Below are positions 50,905 to 62,848 of a stretch of 64,000 nucleotides of DNA, one piece after another. Source of the DNA: Halarcobacter sp. (GTDB taxonomy: Bacteria > Campylobacterota > Campylobacteria > Campylobacterales > Arcobacteraceae). Numbering within the stretch: the stretch's first letter is position 1; each line of letters opens with the position of its first letter. Both the position numbers and the translations under genes were made by a program. Under the pieces are notes generated by a model. The model saw only the letters and a program-made list of their open reading frames with translations. It ran no database searches and was not told where the DNA came from. The stretch covers positions 1,024,001 through 1,088,000 of the forward strand of contig OY781089.1 of assembly GCA_963676565.1 (NCBI GenBank). The letters are read 5' to 3'.

Positions 50905-52557
50905 TTATTTAATTTGATCTTTTAATAAGTCACCTAAAGTCATAGCTGTATCATCATTAACAGCTTTTAAGGCTTCTCTTTCTTGTTGTTGCTCTAATCT
51001 TTTTACAGATAATCTAACTCTATTTTTCTTAGTGTCAATATTTACAACAACTGCTTCTAATTCATCACCAACATTAACTTCTTCAGCATTTAATGGTCCA
51101 AAGTCTTCATTTCTAATTAAACCATCTAAGTTATCTTCTAGTTTAATAAAGATTCCGAAATCTTTTTTATCTTTTACAGCACCTTTTACAATGTCACCCA
51201 TTTTATGCTCGTCTTGGAATTTTTTTGCAGGTGAATCAGCAATCTCTTTTACTGATAATGAAATATTTTCTTTTTCTCTATCAATTTTGATAATCTTAAC
51301 TTCAACTTCGTCACCTTTTTTGTAAAGTGATTTGCATTTAGCATTTGATTCCCAAGAAGCTTCTTCGTTGTGTAATAAACCATCAACTTCACCAATAGTA
51401 ACAAAAGCACCAAAGTCAGTTAGTGTTGCAATATTTCCTTTTACAACATCTCCAACTTTAAACTCTTTTGTAAATTTAGCAAATGGTTTCTCTTGTAAGT
51501 TTTTAAGAGATACTCTTAATCTTTTTTTGTCAACATCTAATTCAATAACTTCAACATTTACTTCTTCACCTAAAGTTAATAAATCTTTTGGGTTTTTTAA
51601 GTTTTTATTCCATGAAATTTCAGAGATGTGTAATAGACCTTCAATGTCATTACCTAAATCAACAAATGCACCATAAGATTCAAAGTTAGAAACTGTTACA
51701 GTGATTGTATCACCAACTTCTAATTCATCTTTAATCTCTTCCCATGGATTAGGAAGTGCAGCTTTAATTGATAATGATAAATGTTGTTTAGTTTTGTCAT
51801 AAGATAATACAACAACAGTTACTTCATCACCTTCAGAATAGTAGTTTGCAGGATTAACAGGACCTTTGTAAGAGATTTCATTGTAGTTTACTAAACCATC
51901 AATTCCACCTAAATCAATAAACATACCATAAGAAGTGATTTTCTTAACAATACCATTTACTGGTTCATTTTTTTCTAAGATCTCATTAACTTTAGAATCT
52001 TTTTGTTCTTTTGATTCTTCAATAAGTTTTTTTCTAGAAACTATAATAGAGTTTTGAGCTTCGTTTACTTTTAAAACTTTTGCTTTAACTTTTTTACCTA
52101 CAGCACCGTGAGCTTTTAAGTAAGATTGAGCCATTGGCATGAAGTATTCTAAACCAGAATCATCTTCAATAATAAATCCACCTCTGTTTTTAACAGAGAT
52201 AATTTTACCTTCAATTGTTACATCTTCAACATTTTCACCATGCTCTTTTACAAATGCGTCAAATTTTTCTTTTTGAAGAACTTTTTTATAAGAAATAGAT
52301 GGTCTTTCACCTTTATTTCCCATTAACATAACTGGAATAGTTTCACCAGCTTTGTATTTAACTTCTCCACCAATAGTGATTTCAGATAAGTTTAATTTAC
52401 CTTCAATCTTTTGACCAACATCAACAAGTACACTATCACCAGTAATCTCAACAATTACACCATCAACTACAGAGTTATTCTCAGCATTCTCAAAAGACTC
52501 TTCAAGCATTTGCGCGAAATCAAAGTCTTCACCTAATTCTATATCATCAATACCCAT
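50905..52557 (-). CDS. rpsA: 30S ribosomal protein S1
   Basis: Repeated S1 domains (YGAFVDL..EGLLHISEISW). Confidence 0.97.
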   Translation of the reverse strand: MGIDDIELGEDFDFAQMLEESFENAENNSVVDGVIVEITGDSVLVDVGQKIEGKLNLSEITIGGEVKYKAGETIPVMLMGNKGERPSISYKKVLQKEKFDAFVKEHGENVEDVTIEGKIISVKNRGGFIIEDDSGLEYFMPMAQSYLKAHGAVGKKVKAKVLKVNEAQNSIIVSRKKLIEESKEQKDSKVNEILEKNEPVNGIVKKITSYGMFIDLGGIDGLVNYNEISYKGPVNPANYYSEGDEVTVVVLSYDKTKQHLSLSIKAALPNPWEEIKDELEVGDTITVTVSNFESYGAFVDLGNDIEGLLHISEISWNKNLKNPKDLLTLGEEVNVEVIELDVDKKRLRVSLKNLQEKPFAKFTKEFKVGDVVKGNIATLTDFGAFVTIGEVDGLLHNEEASWESNAKCKSLYKKGDEVEVKIIKIDREKENISLSVKEIADSPAKKFQDEHKMGDIVKGAVKDKKDFGIFIKLEDNLDGLIRNEDFGPLNAEEVNVGDELEAVVVNIDTKKNRVRLSVKRLEQQQEREALKAVNDDTAMTLGDLLKDQIK

Positions 52558-52628
52558 TTTATTCCTTCGTATTTACCGTTTTTTATTAAATGGTGACGAT
52601 TATATCTAATGCTTGCTTAAGTCTATGT

Positions 52629-53462
52629 TTAATATTTTTTAATTTTATCTACAACTTGTTGGATAATCCAGTCAGGAGTGCTTGCTCCAGCAGTTATTCC
52701 GCATAGTTTTTTATTGTCAAACCATGTTGAATCTAGTTCGGTTTCATTTTCAATTAGGTAAGAATCAGAGCAATTTTCTAAAGAAATAGTGTGTAATTGT
52801 TTAGTGTTTGAAGAGTTTTTCCCTCCAATAATTACCATTACATCCACCTCTTTTGAGAGATCTCTTGCTGCATCTTGATTTTCAAAAGTTGCATCACAAA
52901 TAGTATTAAATACTCTCACTTCTTTATTTTTTAATATTAAACTATTAACAATATCCAAATAAATCTCTTTTTTTCTAGTTGTTTGAGCTACTGTTGCAAT
53001 TTTATCATTCTTAAAGTTAATATTATCAAGTTCATCTTTTTCTAAGATTACATGTACATCATCCAAATCTTCGCCATATGATTTTACACCTTTTACTTCA
53101 GGGTGTTCACTATCTCCAAAGATTAATATTGAATATCCCTCTTGAGACATTTTTTTAACTATTTGTTGTGGTGTTGTAACAAAAGGACATGTGGCATTTA
53201 TAACTTTTGCATCCTTTGCTCTCAAATCTTTTAAATCTTGTTTTGGAATACCGTGGGTTCTAATGATTACTGTATCATTTGGTTTTACTTCATTTAAATC
53301 TCTGTAAAGACCAACTTTATAATCATTTTGTAGTCTATCAATTTCATTTTTATTGTGGATTAAAGGACCCATTGTTGCAGAATTTTCATATTTTTGTGCA
53401 ATATCTATTGCTCTTTTAACTCCAAAACAAAAACCATAACTAGATGCTAATTTTACTTCCAT
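52629..53462 (-). CDS. ispH: 4-hydroxy-3-methylbut-2-enyl diphosphate reductase
   Basis: GFCFGV, ATCPFV, HPEV, TICDAT, SSN, TAGASTP. Confidence 0.97.
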   Translation of the reverse strand: MEVKLASSYGFCFGVKRAIDIAQKYENSATMGPLIHNKNEIDRLQNDYKVGLYRDLNEVKPNDTVIIRTHGIPKQDLKDLRAKDAKVINATCPFVTTPQQIVKKMSQEGYSILIFGDSEHPEVKGVKSYGEDLDDVHVILEKDELDNINFKNDKIATVAQTTRKKEIYLDIVNSLILKNKEVRVFNTICDATFENQDAARDLSKEVDVMVIIGGKNSSNTKQLHTISLENCSDSYLIENETELDSTWFDNKKLCGITAGASTPDWIIQQVVDKIKKY

Positions 53463-53560
53463 ATATAAAACCTTTAAGTTAATACTATTTAAATATTTTT
53501 TCGTAAAGATAGTAAAACTATCTTAAACGAAATAATGAATAAGAAAACTACTTATTGTTT

Positions 53561-54841
53561 TTAAGCTTTTAAAGAATCTAAAATCTCTTTGAAATTTGGA
53601 AACGAAGTTAAAATACAATCAACATCTTCAATCTCCATACCACAGTTTAGTCCAGCAATTGAGAAGCTCATTGCAATTCTGTGGTCACCATGGGAATTGA
53701 TTTTAGCCTTGTTTAAAGACCCCCCAACAATTTCATAGCCATCTTCAAATTCTGTGTATTCAACGCCACATTTTTCTAAATTTGAAACAACAGCTTTAAT
53801 TCTGTCACTCTCTTTTACTCTTAACTCTTCAGCATTTTTTACTAGTGATTTTCCTTTAGCTAAACTCATAGCAACTGAAAGTGCTGGTAACTCATCAATA
53901 AGCCATGAGATATGGTTTTCAACAACAACCCCATTTAACTCTTTGTGTTTAACTTCTATATCACCAATTGGTTCATAGATGTCCTCTTTTTTAATAAAAT
54001 TAACTTCAGCTCCCATTGCCTTTAAAATTTCATAGGCTCCAATTCTAGTTGGATTTAATGTTACATTTTTAATTAATACTCTTGAGTTTGGCGTGATTGC
54101 TGCTGCAACTGCAAAGAAAAATGCAGATGATGGATCAGTTGGAACAGTAATATTAAGTGGTTTAAGATGACCTTCTAAGGGATGAATATTTATATAACCT
54201 TCATCATCAGTTTCAATTTTTGCTCCCATACCTTTTAACATTCTTTCAGTATGATCTCTTGTTAACTCATTCTCTTTATATTTTGAAACTCCAGTTGCTC
54301 TTAATGCAGCCAAAATAAGTGCAGATTTAACTTGGGCAGAATCAACTGGTGACTCATAAACAAAAGGTTTTAACTCTTTTACTCCTCTAATAAATAAAGG
54401 AGCTTTATTCCCATTATCTCTACCATCAATATTTGCTCCAATACTTCTTAAAGGATCAGCAACTCTTTTCATTGGTCGCTCTCTTAAGTATTTGTCACCA
54501 GTTAGTGTAAAAGCACCATCTACTGAAGCTAAAAGACCACAAAAAAGTCTCATGCCTGTTCCTGCATTTCCACAATCAAGTACATCTTTTGGTTCTGTTA
54601 ATTTATCAGCGGGAGTAATCTCTACGTTTGCACCATCTCTTTTAACTTTTGCTCCAAGTTGTTCAACAATACTTAATGAGTTTAGAGTGTCTTCAGCTGT
54701 TAAAAAGTTTTTTATATATGAAGTTTCATTAGAAAAAATAGAAAACATTGCGCATCTGTGTGATATTGATTTATCACTTGCTATTGAGTCAATCTCAATA
54801 TCAAAAGCTTTATCTAATTTTTCAATATTAAAGTTTTCCAT
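53561..54841 (-). CDS. aroA: EPSP synthase
   Basis: [37 protein letters not shown]. Confidence 0.97.
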   Translation of the reverse strand: MENFNIEKLDKAFDIEIDSIASDKSISHRCAMFSIFSNETSYIKNFLTAEDTLNSLSIVEQLGAKVKRDGANVEITPADKLTEPKDVLDCGNAGTGMRLFCGLLASVDGAFTLTGDKYLRERPMKRVADPLRSIGANIDGRDNGNKAPLFIRGVKELKPFVYESPVDSAQVKSALILAALRATGVSKYKENELTRDHTERMLKGMGAKIETDDEGYINIHPLEGHLKPLNITVPTDPSSAFFFAVAAAITPNSRVLIKNVTLNPTRIGAYEILKAMGAEVNFIKKEDIYEPIGDIEVKHKELNGVVVENHISWLIDELPALSVAMSLAKGKSLVKNAEELRVKESDRIKAVVSNLEKCGVEYTEFEDGYEIVGGSLNKAKINSHGDHRIAMSFSIAGLNCGMEIEDVDCILTSFPNFKEILDSLKA

Positions 54842-54855
54842 TCTTTCCCTTTTTA

Positions 54856-57180
54856 TTAATCTCTTAGTGCTAAACCAAGCTCTTCATTTAATGAATTGAT
54901 AATTTTATTCATTGAACTTGTAATATCTTCTTCCTCTAATGTTTTGTTATGATTTTGAAGAACAAATCTAATTGTTAAACTATCTTTATCACCTAATTTT
55001 TCATCACTATAAATATCTATTAAATTAAATTGTTTAATATTCTCATCATTTATAGAATTTATTACTTTTTTAATCTCTTTGTATTCTAAAGATTTAGGTA
55101 CAACAATACTTAAATCTTTTTTTGAAGCTTGAAATTTAGAATATTTTTCAACTTTCGTTAAATCATTTTTGATTTTATCAAAATCAATTTCTGCTATAAA
55201 AGTATCACTTAGATCATAATCATTCGCAACACTTGGGTGAAGTTTTGAAATAAATCCAACTTTTTCACCATCTATTATTACTGAAGCATTTTGATATGGA
55301 TGGATTAAATCATTTTCAATTTTTTCCATTGGTTCTAAATCAAATTTTCCAATTGTATTTAAAACTTTTTTAGCAAATAAGAAGAAATCAATATTCTCTG
55401 GTTTCCCAGAATTTGAGATTGATTCTAGCTCCTTTTGTCCAGAAAATACAAATGAAATCTTTGTTGATTCAGCTCTTTTTACATCAAATACTTTTCCTAT
55501 TTCAAAAAAAGCCATAGATTTTAAACCAAATTTTATATTGTTTGCACATGCTTCAACAAGGTTAAGTAAAATTGTAGTTCTAAATGTATCTAACTCTTTT
55601 ACAATTGGATTTAAAATATCAAGTTTTTCTTCAACAGTAGGAAGTGAATATTTTTGTAGTTTTTCTTTATCGGCAAATACATAAGTTAAAGTTTCATAAA
55701 AACCATTTGTAATAGCCTTTGCTCTTAAATCATTTTTCTTAATTAAATTAATTGAAGTTTGATTGATTCTATTTACTTCATCAATTGCAAGGGGTTTTGC
55801 TTTGATATTATCAATACCAATAATTCTTACAACCTCTTCAGTAATATCAGCAATATTTTTTATGTCATGTCTATATAAAGGAATTTTTATAGAAAGAACA
55901 TCTTTATCTGTATCTTTTACCTCAAACCCTAATGAACTTAGAATTTTTTCAATTTTTACTTTTTCAATATTTTGACCAATAATTGCATTAATTTTATTAA
56001 TATTTGCATCAATCATTAGCTCTTCTTCTGTATCTAAAGAAAGTTCTCTTCCATTGTAAATTTTTGCACCAAATTTAGAAATAAAAGTACAAAAAATATC
56101 CATCCCCATTTTGATATCTGGTTCACTTCCCCTTGAACTTTTATAGTAAACATCTCCAGTTTTCTTTTTAGTTTCAAATACTTTTTTAGATAAATCTTCA
56201 GGATTTGTATAACTTGCTTCAATTATATACTCACTATCTTTATCTTGATTTATGTCATTATGTAAGATACAAATAGTACTTAGTTTTTCATCCCCTGTAA
56301 CTGTATCAAATCCATCTTCATCTTTATCAAGTGTAATTGTTCCAATAGAGTTTTGAGCTTTTGCATCAGATTTTGCATAAGCATTTAAAATAACACCTGT
56401 TGAGTGTGTTATGTATGTTAATGCATCATCTAAATCTTTTTCTTTAAATTTATCAAGAATTCCAACTCTTAGTCTTTGTAATGCTGGAAGTCTAAAATCT
56501 TTTGTATTAGCTACTGTATAAATAAAAATTGAGTCTAAGTCAGATTTAGTTTGTACTTCTAATACTTGTCCAATACCTAAATTGTTTGTTTCAATTTCGA
56601 TTTCTTGTTCAATTAGTGGGATATTGTAAAATGCTCTTAACTCTCTTGCAACACCATTAATACTTAAACAATCACCTCTATTTGCAGTTAGTTCAATCTC
56701 AATAATGTCATCATTTAAAAGTGGATAATCACTTAATTGTTTACCAATAATTAATTCACCAATTGAATCATCTAGTTCTAAAATTCCATCATTTAATTTT
56801 GCAAGACCAATCTCAGTAGAAGAACAAATCATACCATTTGATTCAACACCTCTAAGTTTTGCTTTTTTGATTTTAAAACCGCCACCTAAATCACAACCAT
56901 TTACAGCTACCGGTACATATTGACCTGCTGCTACATTTTTAGCTCCACATACAATTTGAACTGTCTCTGTTCCAATATCAACTTGGCAGATGTTTAATTT
57001 ATCAGCATCTGGGTGTTTTTCTTTTTCTAAAACTTTTCCAATAACAACATTTTTAGGAATTTTTTGTTCTTCTAAACTATCAACCTCTAATCCAATTGAG
57101 TTTAAAGTTTTGCAAATATCTTCTGTACTTATTGATGAAATATCAATATATTCTTGTAACCATGCTCTAGTAACTATCAT
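54856..57180 (-). CDS. pheT: Phenylalanine--tRNA ligase beta subunit
   Basis: [32 protein letters not shown]. Confidence 0.97.
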   Translation of the reverse strand: MIVTRAWLQEYIDISSISTEDICKTLNSIGLEVDSLEEQKIPKNVVIGKVLEKEKHPDADKLNICQVDIGTETVQIVCGAKNVAAGQYVPVAVNGCDLGGGFKIKKAKLRGVESNGMICSSTEIGLAKLNDGILELDDSIGELIIGKQLSDYPLLNDDIIEIELTANRGDCLSINGVARELRAFYNIPLIEQEIEIETNNLGIGQVLEVQTKSDLDSIFIYTVANTKDFRLPALQRLRVGILDKFKEKDLDDALTYITHSTGVILNAYAKSDAKAQNSIGTITLDKDEDGFDTVTGDEKLSTICILHNDINQDKDSEYIIEASYTNPEDLSKKVFETKKKTGDVYYKSSRGSEPDIKMGMDIFCTFISKFGAKIYNGRELSLDTEEELMIDANINKINAIIGQNIEKVKIEKILSSLGFEVKDTDKDVLSIKIPLYRHDIKNIADITEEVVRIIGIDNIKAKPLAIDEVNRINQTSINLIKKNDLRAKAITNGFYETLTYVFADKEKLQKYSLPTVEEKLDILNPIVKELDTFRTTILLNLVEACANNIKFGLKSMAFFEIGKVFDVKRAESTKISFVFSGQKELESISNSGKPENIDFFLFAKKVLNTIGKFDLEPMEKIENDLIHPYQNASVIIDGEKVGFISKLHPSVANDYDLSDTFIAEIDFDKIKNDLTKVEKYSKFQASKKDLSIVVPKSLEYKEIKKVINSINDENIKQFNLIDIYSDEKLGDKDSLTIRFVLQNHNKTLEEEDITSSMNKIINSLNEELGLALRD

Positions 57181-58169
57181 TTAAACTGTCCTAATAATCT
57201 TATGTCGCTTTCAAATAGAGATCTTAAATCTCCAATATTATGAATAAGCATTGCGAATCTTTCAACACCTAAACCAAATGCATATCCTGATTTATTCTCA
57301 TAACCTACTGCTTTAAATACATTTTGATCAACTACTCCACAACCAAGAACCTCTAGCCATCCTGTGTGTGAACATACTCTACATCCATCACCTTTACAAA
57401 ATACACATGAGATATCAACTTCAGCTGATGGCTCTGTAAATGGGAAGAATGAAGGTCTAAATCTAACATCAACATCACCAAACATATGGTGTAAGAACTC
57501 TACTAGTACGTGTTTTAAATTAGCAAATGAGATTTTATCTGCTTCATCAACAACTAATGCTTCAATCTGATGAAACATTGGTGTATGAGTTAAATCAAAG
57601 TCTCTTCTAAACACAGTACCTGGTGCAATCATTCTAATTGGAGTAGGTTGGTTTAACATAGTTCTTATTTGTGTAGGAGAAGTATGTGTTCTTAAAAGTG
57701 TATAGTCTTTGTTGTAAAATGTATCTTGCATATCTCTTGCTGGGTGGTACTTAGGTAAATTTAATGCCTCAAAGTTATGGAAATCATCTTCAACTAATGG
57801 ACCTTCTTCTACTGCAAAATTTAAATTTTGGAAATATTCTATAATTCTGTCCATTGTTAATGCTATAGGATGAACTGCACCACATGAAAGCTCATTATTG
57901 AATTTTGTTACATCAATTTTATCAGCTTTTAATTTAGCTTCAAGTGCTTCTTTTTCTAAAACAATTTTTTTTGCTTCTAATGCTTCTGTGATTTGCGCTT
58001 TTTGTTTATTTAAGTTTGCTGCAAATTCTTTTTTTTCAGGACCTGGAATATCCTTCATTTTTGCAAACTGTGCAGTAATAACACCTTTTTTACCTAAAGT
58101 CTCAACTCTCAAGTTTTCTAGTACTTCAAGTGATTCGGCACTATTGATTTTTTCTAGCCATTGCGTCAC
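57177..58169 (-). CDS. pheS: Phenylalanine--tRNA ligase alpha subunit
   Basis: [37 protein letters not shown] before GTG at 58169. Confidence 0.97.
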   Translation of the reverse strand: MTQWLEKINSAESLEVLENLRVETLGKKGVITAQFAKMKDIPGPEKKEFAANLNKQKAQITEALEAKKIVLEKEALEAKLKADKIDVTKFNNELSCGAVHPIALTMDRIIEYFQNLNFAVEEGPLVEDDFHNFEALNLPKYHPARDMQDTFYNKDYTLLRTHTSPTQIRTMLNQPTPIRMIAPGTVFRRDFDLTHTPMFHQIEALVVDEADKISFANLKHVLVEFLHHMFGDVDVRFRPSFFPFTEPSAEVDISCVFCKGDGCRVCSHTGWLEVLGCGVVDQNVFKAVGYENKSGYAFGLGVERFAMLIHNIGDLRSLFESDIRLLGQFK

Positions 58170-58276
58170 TTTTGTTCTCCTGCTATATTGTGTGTATCTA
58201 TAATTTTCAGGGATTATACTCAAAAATTTATTAGAGATTGGTTATAATATTTTTTAAACTATTTAAAGGGAAATCT

Positions 58277-58606
58277 ATGTGTATTTTTTGCAAAATTGTA
58301 AATGGTGAAATACCGAACCAAACAGTACTTGAAGATGAAAATTTTTTGGCATTTAATGATATTAATCCAGCTAGAAAAATCCATGTCTTAGTTATTCCAA
58401 AAGAGCATTATGATTCATTTGATGTTGTGCCACCAAAGATTATGGCAGATATGACTGAGTTTATTCAAAAAACAGTTTCTAAATTAGGTATTAGAGAATC
58501 AGGTTACAGATTAATTACAAATATTGGAAGTGATGGAGGACAAGAGGTTCCACACTTACATTTTCATATTATTGGTGGTGAACCAGCTGGAAAATTAGTT
58601 AGATAG
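58277..58606 (+). CDS. Histidine triad nucleotide-binding protein (HINT)
   Basis: CIFCKI, DINP, GGQEVPHLHFH; ATG at 58277. Confidence 0.94.
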   Translation: MCIFCKIVNGEIPNQTVLEDENFLAFNDINPARKIHVLVIPKEHYDSFDVVPPKIMADMTEFIQKTVSKLGIRESGYRLITNIGSDGGQEVPHLHFHIIGGEPAGKLVR

Positions 58607-58627
58607 GAGTTTAATAAACTCTTATCT
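58601..58627. terminator. Hairpin between convergent HIT gene and accA
   Basis: AGATAGGAGTTTA-a-TAAACTCTTATCT inverted repeat. Confidence 0.6.
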
Positions 58628-59562
58628 TAACTTTCAAATCTTCCTAAGTTCATAAGTTTTTCATATTTTAATTGAAGTCTTTGTGCTGGAGTTAATTTTT
58701 TTAATTCTTCCAAAGTAGAGATGAAATAATCACCTAAAGCTTTAATCGCCTCATCTTTTTGTCTATGGGCACCAATTAAAGGTTCATTTACTACATCATC
58801 AACTAATTCTAATTCTTTTAGGTTTTCAGCTGTAATTTTTAATGCATTCGCTGCAGTTTCAACTTTTGCTGGGTCATTCCATAAAATTGCACTACAACCT
58901 TCAGGAGATATAACTGCATATACAGAATATCTCATCATAGCTAATTTATCAGCAATAGAAATTGCTAAAGCTCCACCTGAACCACCTTCTCCAATTACAA
59001 CAGATACAGTAGGAACTGTTAAATCAGAAAATTCATATAGATTTTTTGCAATAGCTTCTGATTGATTTCTTTCTTCAGCTCCAATTCCAGGATATGCACC
59101 TGGAGTGTCCACTAACATTAAAATCGGAATACCAAATTTTTCAGCTAGATTAGCAGCTCTTAGAGCTTTTCTATATCCTTCTGGACTTGGCATACCAAAG
59201 TTTCTTTTGATTTTTCCCTTTGTTCCTCGTCCTTTTTGCTCACCAATAACCATAACTTTTTCATTACCAATATATCCTAAATAACAAACAATTGCATGGT
59301 CATCAACATAATGTCTATCACCATGAATCTCATAGGCATTTGTCATTAATCCATTGATATAATCCATTGCATATGGTCTATCTGGATGTCTTGCTAATTG
59401 AAGTTTTTGATAATCACTTAAATTCTTAAAAGTTTTTTCAACTTCTTTTTCCAATTTTTTTTCTAAAATCTCTACAGCATGATCATCATTTTTAGTTTTT
59501 GCAACTATAATATCTTCTTCTATTTTTTTTATTTTGTCTTCAAAATCTAAATAAGTTGCCAA
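58627..59562 (-). CDS. accA: Acetyl-CoA carboxylase carboxyltransferase alpha
   Basis: [30 protein letters not shown]. Confidence 0.97.
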   Translation of the reverse strand: MATYLDFEDKIKKIEEDIIVAKTKNDDHAVEILEKKLEKEVEKTFKNLSDYQKLQLARHPDRPYAMDYINGLMTNAYEIHGDRHYVDDHAIVCYLGYIGNEKVMVIGEQKGRGTKGKIKRNFGMPSPEGYRKALRAANLAEKFGIPILMLVDTPGAYPGIGAEERNQSEAIAKNLYEFSDLTVPTVSVVIGEGGSGGALAISIADKLAMMRYSVYAVISPEGCSAILWNDPAKVETAANALKITAENLKELELVDDVVNEPLIGAHRQKDEAIKALGDYFISTLEELKKLTPAQRLQLKYEKLMNLGRFES

Positions 59563-59579
59563 AATTCTGTCCCTTAAAA

Positions 59580-60836
59580 TTACTTAATTTTCTTAAAAAT
59601 TACTGATGCGTTTGTTCCACCAAAACCAAAGTTATTACTCATAACTATATCTAAATTACTTTTTCTTGCATTATCTGGAACATAATCTAAAGTACATTCT
59701 TCATCTTGATTTTGAATATTAATTGTTGGAGGAATAATTCCATCATTTAGTGCTTTAATTGCAAAAATTGCTTCAATTGCACCTGCTGCACCTAAGCAGT
59801 GACCAATTTGTCCTTTAGTTGAAGTAACAGGAGGAGCATTTTCAGCACCTTCAAATAATTCAACAATTGCTTTTGATTCATTTACATCTCCAACTGGAGT
59901 TGACGTACCATGAGTATTAATATAATCAATTTTAATTTTTTCACCAGTTGTTGCTTCTGCCATAGTAAGTGCAGCTTTCATTGCTCTTAATGGACCATCC
60001 ATTACAGGAGCAGTAATATGGTTTGCATCTGCAGATTCACCAAATCCTATAACTTCACAATAGATTTTTGCACCCCTTGCAACAGCAGCATCATACTCTT
60101 CAAGAACTAGTGCTCCAGCACCTTCACCCATAACAAAACCATCTCTATCTTTATCAAATGGTCTTGAAGCTGTTTTTGGATCATCATTTCTTGTTGATAA
60201 TGCTTTCATAGATGCAAATCCACCTACACCCGCACCACAAATAGCACTTTCTGCACCAACAACTAAAATTTTGTCAGCACCATTAATTTTAATCGTTTTT
60301 ACTGCATCATTAAGTGCATGTGTTGAAGCTGCACAAGCTGTAACATGTGATAAAGAAGGACCTTTTAAGTTATGCTCAATTGAAATAAATCCACCTAACA
60401 TATTAACTAATGAAGATGGAATAAAGAATGGAGAGATTCTTTTTGGACCTCTATTTGCACATACAACAGAGTTTTTTTCAATTGTAGATAATCCACCTAT
60501 ACCTGAAGCTGAGATAAGACCAAATCTATCAGCTATAGAATCATCAACTTTTTTATTTTCAGCATTTACAAATCCAGAATCAATCATAGCCTCTAAAGCA
60601 GCTTTAATTCCTAATTGAATAAATCTATCAGCTTTTTTTACCTCTTTTTTGTCCATTACAGTTGTAGGATCAAAATCTTTTACCTCTCCTGCAATTTGTA
60701 CAGGATACTCACTTGCATCAAAAAGTGTGATTTTATCAATACCACAAACTCCATCAACAACCGCTTTAAACGATTCTTCTACACTATGACCTACAGAATT
60801 AATTGTTCCTAAACCAGTTATAACAACTCTTCTCAT
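59580..60836 (-). CDS. fabF: Beta-ketoacyl-ACP synthase II
   Basis: [24 protein letters not shown]. Confidence 0.96.
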   Translation of the reverse strand: MRRVVITGLGTINSVGHSVEESFKAVVDGVCGIDKITLFDASEYPVQIAGEVKDFDPTTVMDKKEVKKADRFIQLGIKAALEAMIDSGFVNAENKKVDDSIADRFGLISASGIGGLSTIEKNSVVCANRGPKRISPFFIPSSLVNMLGGFISIEHNLKGPSLSHVTACAASTHALNDAVKTIKINGADKILVVGAESAICGAGVGGFASMKALSTRNDDPKTASRPFDKDRDGFVMGEGAGALVLEEYDAAVARGAKIYCEVIGFGESADANHITAPVMDGPLRAMKAALTMAEATTGEKIKIDYINTHGTSTPVGDVNESKAIVELFEGAENAPPVTSTKGQIGHCLGAAGAIEAIFAIKALNDGIIPPTINIQNQDEECTLDYVPDNARKSNLDIVMSNNFGFGGTNASVIFKKIK

Positions 60837-60911
60837 TAAACATGCTCCACATCAAATATTTTTATAATTCAATCTTTTAAGAAAAACTCAATAATAGAAA
60901 TAAAAAGCGAG

Positions 60912-60936
60912 AAAAAAAGCCAGTAAAACTACTGGC
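60912..60936 (-). terminator. Terminator after acpP
   Basis: Minus strand GCCAGTA-gttt-TACTGGC followed by a T run. Confidence 0.75.
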
Positions 60937-60963
60937 CTTCACATAATTTACAAAGCTTATAAA

Positions 60964-61194
60964 TTACGCGTTATCTTCGATGTATTTAATAGCGTCAGCT
61001 ACTGTTAAAATACCTTCAGCATCTTCATCAGGGATTTCGATATCGAATTTTTCTTCTAACGCCATAACTAATTCTACAACGTCAAGTGAATCTGCACCTA
61101 AATCCTCAATAAATTTAGAATCCTCTTTAACTTCAGCTGGATCGCAATCTAATTGTTCAACAACAACTTCTTTTACATCATCTAATAATGCCAT
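60964..61194 (-). CDS. acpP: Acyl carrier protein
   Basis: [14 protein letters not shown]; second ATG (61194) fits SD spacing better. Confidence 0.97.
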   Translation of the reverse strand: MALLDDVKEVVVEQLDCDPAEVKEDSKFIEDLGADSLDVVELVMALEEKFDIEIPDEDAEGILTVADAIKYIEDNA

Positions 61195-61256
61195 ACTCAT
61201 TTCCTTTTATAAATTTATCGCCAAATTATACCACAAAAAAATTTAATTAATCTTTC

Positions 61257-62000
61257 TTATACGTATAACCCACCATTTACTTTTAATATTTCACCCGTAA
61301 TGTACGAAGAATGGTCACTTAAAAGAAACGCAACTGCATCTGCAATTTCTTTAGGTTGTCCAAATCTACTTAATGGAATATTTTTTTCATATTCTGCTTT
61401 AACTTCATCTTTTAATTCATCAGTCATATCTGTTTGAATAAATCCTGGAGTTACAGCATTATATCTAATTCCTCTAGCTGCCGCTTCTTTAGCAAAAGAT
61501 TTAGTCATAGCATTTAATCCACCTTTTGATGCAGAATAGTTAGTTTGACCAGGATTTCCCATCTCTCCAACAATAGAAGAGATATTTACAATAGATCCAA
61601 ATTTCTTTTTACCCATAGCTTTTAAAGCACCTTTACATCCGATAAATGCAGATGTTAAGTTTGCCGCAATTACATCATTAAAGTCTTCTACTGACATTCT
61701 TAATGCTAATTTATCCTTAGTAATACCAGCATTATTTACTAAATAAGATAGTTGTCCATCTGCATCAACTATTGTTTTAATTGCAGCAGTGAATTCATCT
61801 TCTTTAGTTACATCTGCTTTTACAATTGCAGCTTGTCCACCATCAGCTTCAATCTCTTCTTTGATTTTCTCAGCAGCTTCGGCACCACTTCTATAGTTAA
61901 TCCATACTTTTAAACCATAACTTGCTAAAGTTTTTGCAATTTGTGCGCCAATTCCCCTTGATGCACCAGTAACAAGTACATTTGTTCCTGTAAAATTCAT
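61257..62000 (-). CDS. fabG: 3-oxoacyl-ACP reductase
   Basis: TGASRGIG, NNAGIT, YSASK, PGFIQTDM. Confidence 0.96.
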   Translation of the reverse strand: MNFTGTNVLVTGASRGIGAQIAKTLASYGLKVWINYRSGAEAAEKIKEEIEADGGQAAIVKADVTKEDEFTAAIKTIVDADGQLSYLVNNAGITKDKLALRMSVEDFNDVIAANLTSAFIGCKGALKAMGKKKFGSIVNISSIVGEMGNPGQTNYSASKGGLNAMTKSFAKEAAARGIRYNAVTPGFIQTDMTDELKDEVKAEYEKNIPLSRFGQPKEIADAVAFLLSDHSSYITGEILKVNGGLYV

Positions 62001-62040
62001 ACTTTATTTCCTTTTAAAAATTTGATTTTGCACATTATAT

Positions 62041-62790
62041 CTAAACGCCTCTTTTATTGTCCCAAACTCTTATATGAAGCCTATCACAATATTTAAAACC
62101 ATTTTCAATTGCCATATCAATTACAGTTTCGCAATTTGAATTTATCTCATCAGCAGTATCTCCCATTGGCATTAAATATGTATCTATTTTAGGAATTTGT
62201 GATAATATAGAATTTATTTCTTTAGTTGCTTGTTCTTTAAAATCTTTATCAATAACAAATTTTAAATAGGAGTCTTTTGTTTTATTAATAATTGATGTTA
62301 AAGTATCAATATTAACTCTTTTTTTCAATGGCTCCAAAGAGTTAGATAGTTTTACACTCATTGAAAAAAGTATTTTTTTTTGATAATCTTGGGTGAAGTT
62401 TATATTTAATGAGGCATTTGTTTCAATTGTAACTTTGTAATTGTTTTCTACATAATATTTTAACAAAGATTGGAATTCTTCATTTTGCCAATAAAGTAGG
62501 GGTTCTCCCCCAGTTATTACGATATCAACATTATAATTTGGTTTTAATTCTTCAACTTTTTTTATAATATCTTGGCAAGACATTTTATGCCATTGCTCTT
62601 TAAAAGCTGTATCAACTGCATAATATGAGTCACATGAACATTTTTTAATACCACTTGGAGTCTCATATTCAACATTAAAACCAACACATTTCATATTACA
62701 TTTCCCAACTCTAATAAAAATTGAAGGTGTTCCTATTAATTTACCTTCACCTTGTATGGTTGGTCCAAAGATTTCATTTATCTCAAGCAT
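62041..62790 (-). CDS. queE: 7-carboxy-7-deazaguanine synthase (radical SAM)
   Basis: TIQGEG, FIRVGKCNMKC..CDS, ITGGEP, ETN, RLH. Confidence 0.9.
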   Translation of the reverse strand: MLEINEIFGPTIQGEGKLIGTPSIFIRVGKCNMKCVGFNVEYETPSGIKKCSCDSYYAVDTAFKEQWHKMSCQDIIKKVEELKPNYNVDIVITGGEPLLYWQNEEFQSLLKYYVENNYKVTIETNASLNINFTQDYQKKILFSMSVKLSNSLEPLKKRVNIDTLTSIINKTKDSYLKFVIDKDFKEQATKEINSILSQIPKIDTYLMPMGDTADEINSNCETVIDMAIENGFKYCDRLHIRVWDNKRGV

Positions 62791-62848
62791 TAAATTGTAT
62801 CTCTTTTTTATTTTTTCGCAATACTACCATTTTAAACTTAGTAGATTT

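Noticed and set aside
50905..52557. Internal repeats in rpsA
   Set aside because: Expected tandem S1 domains
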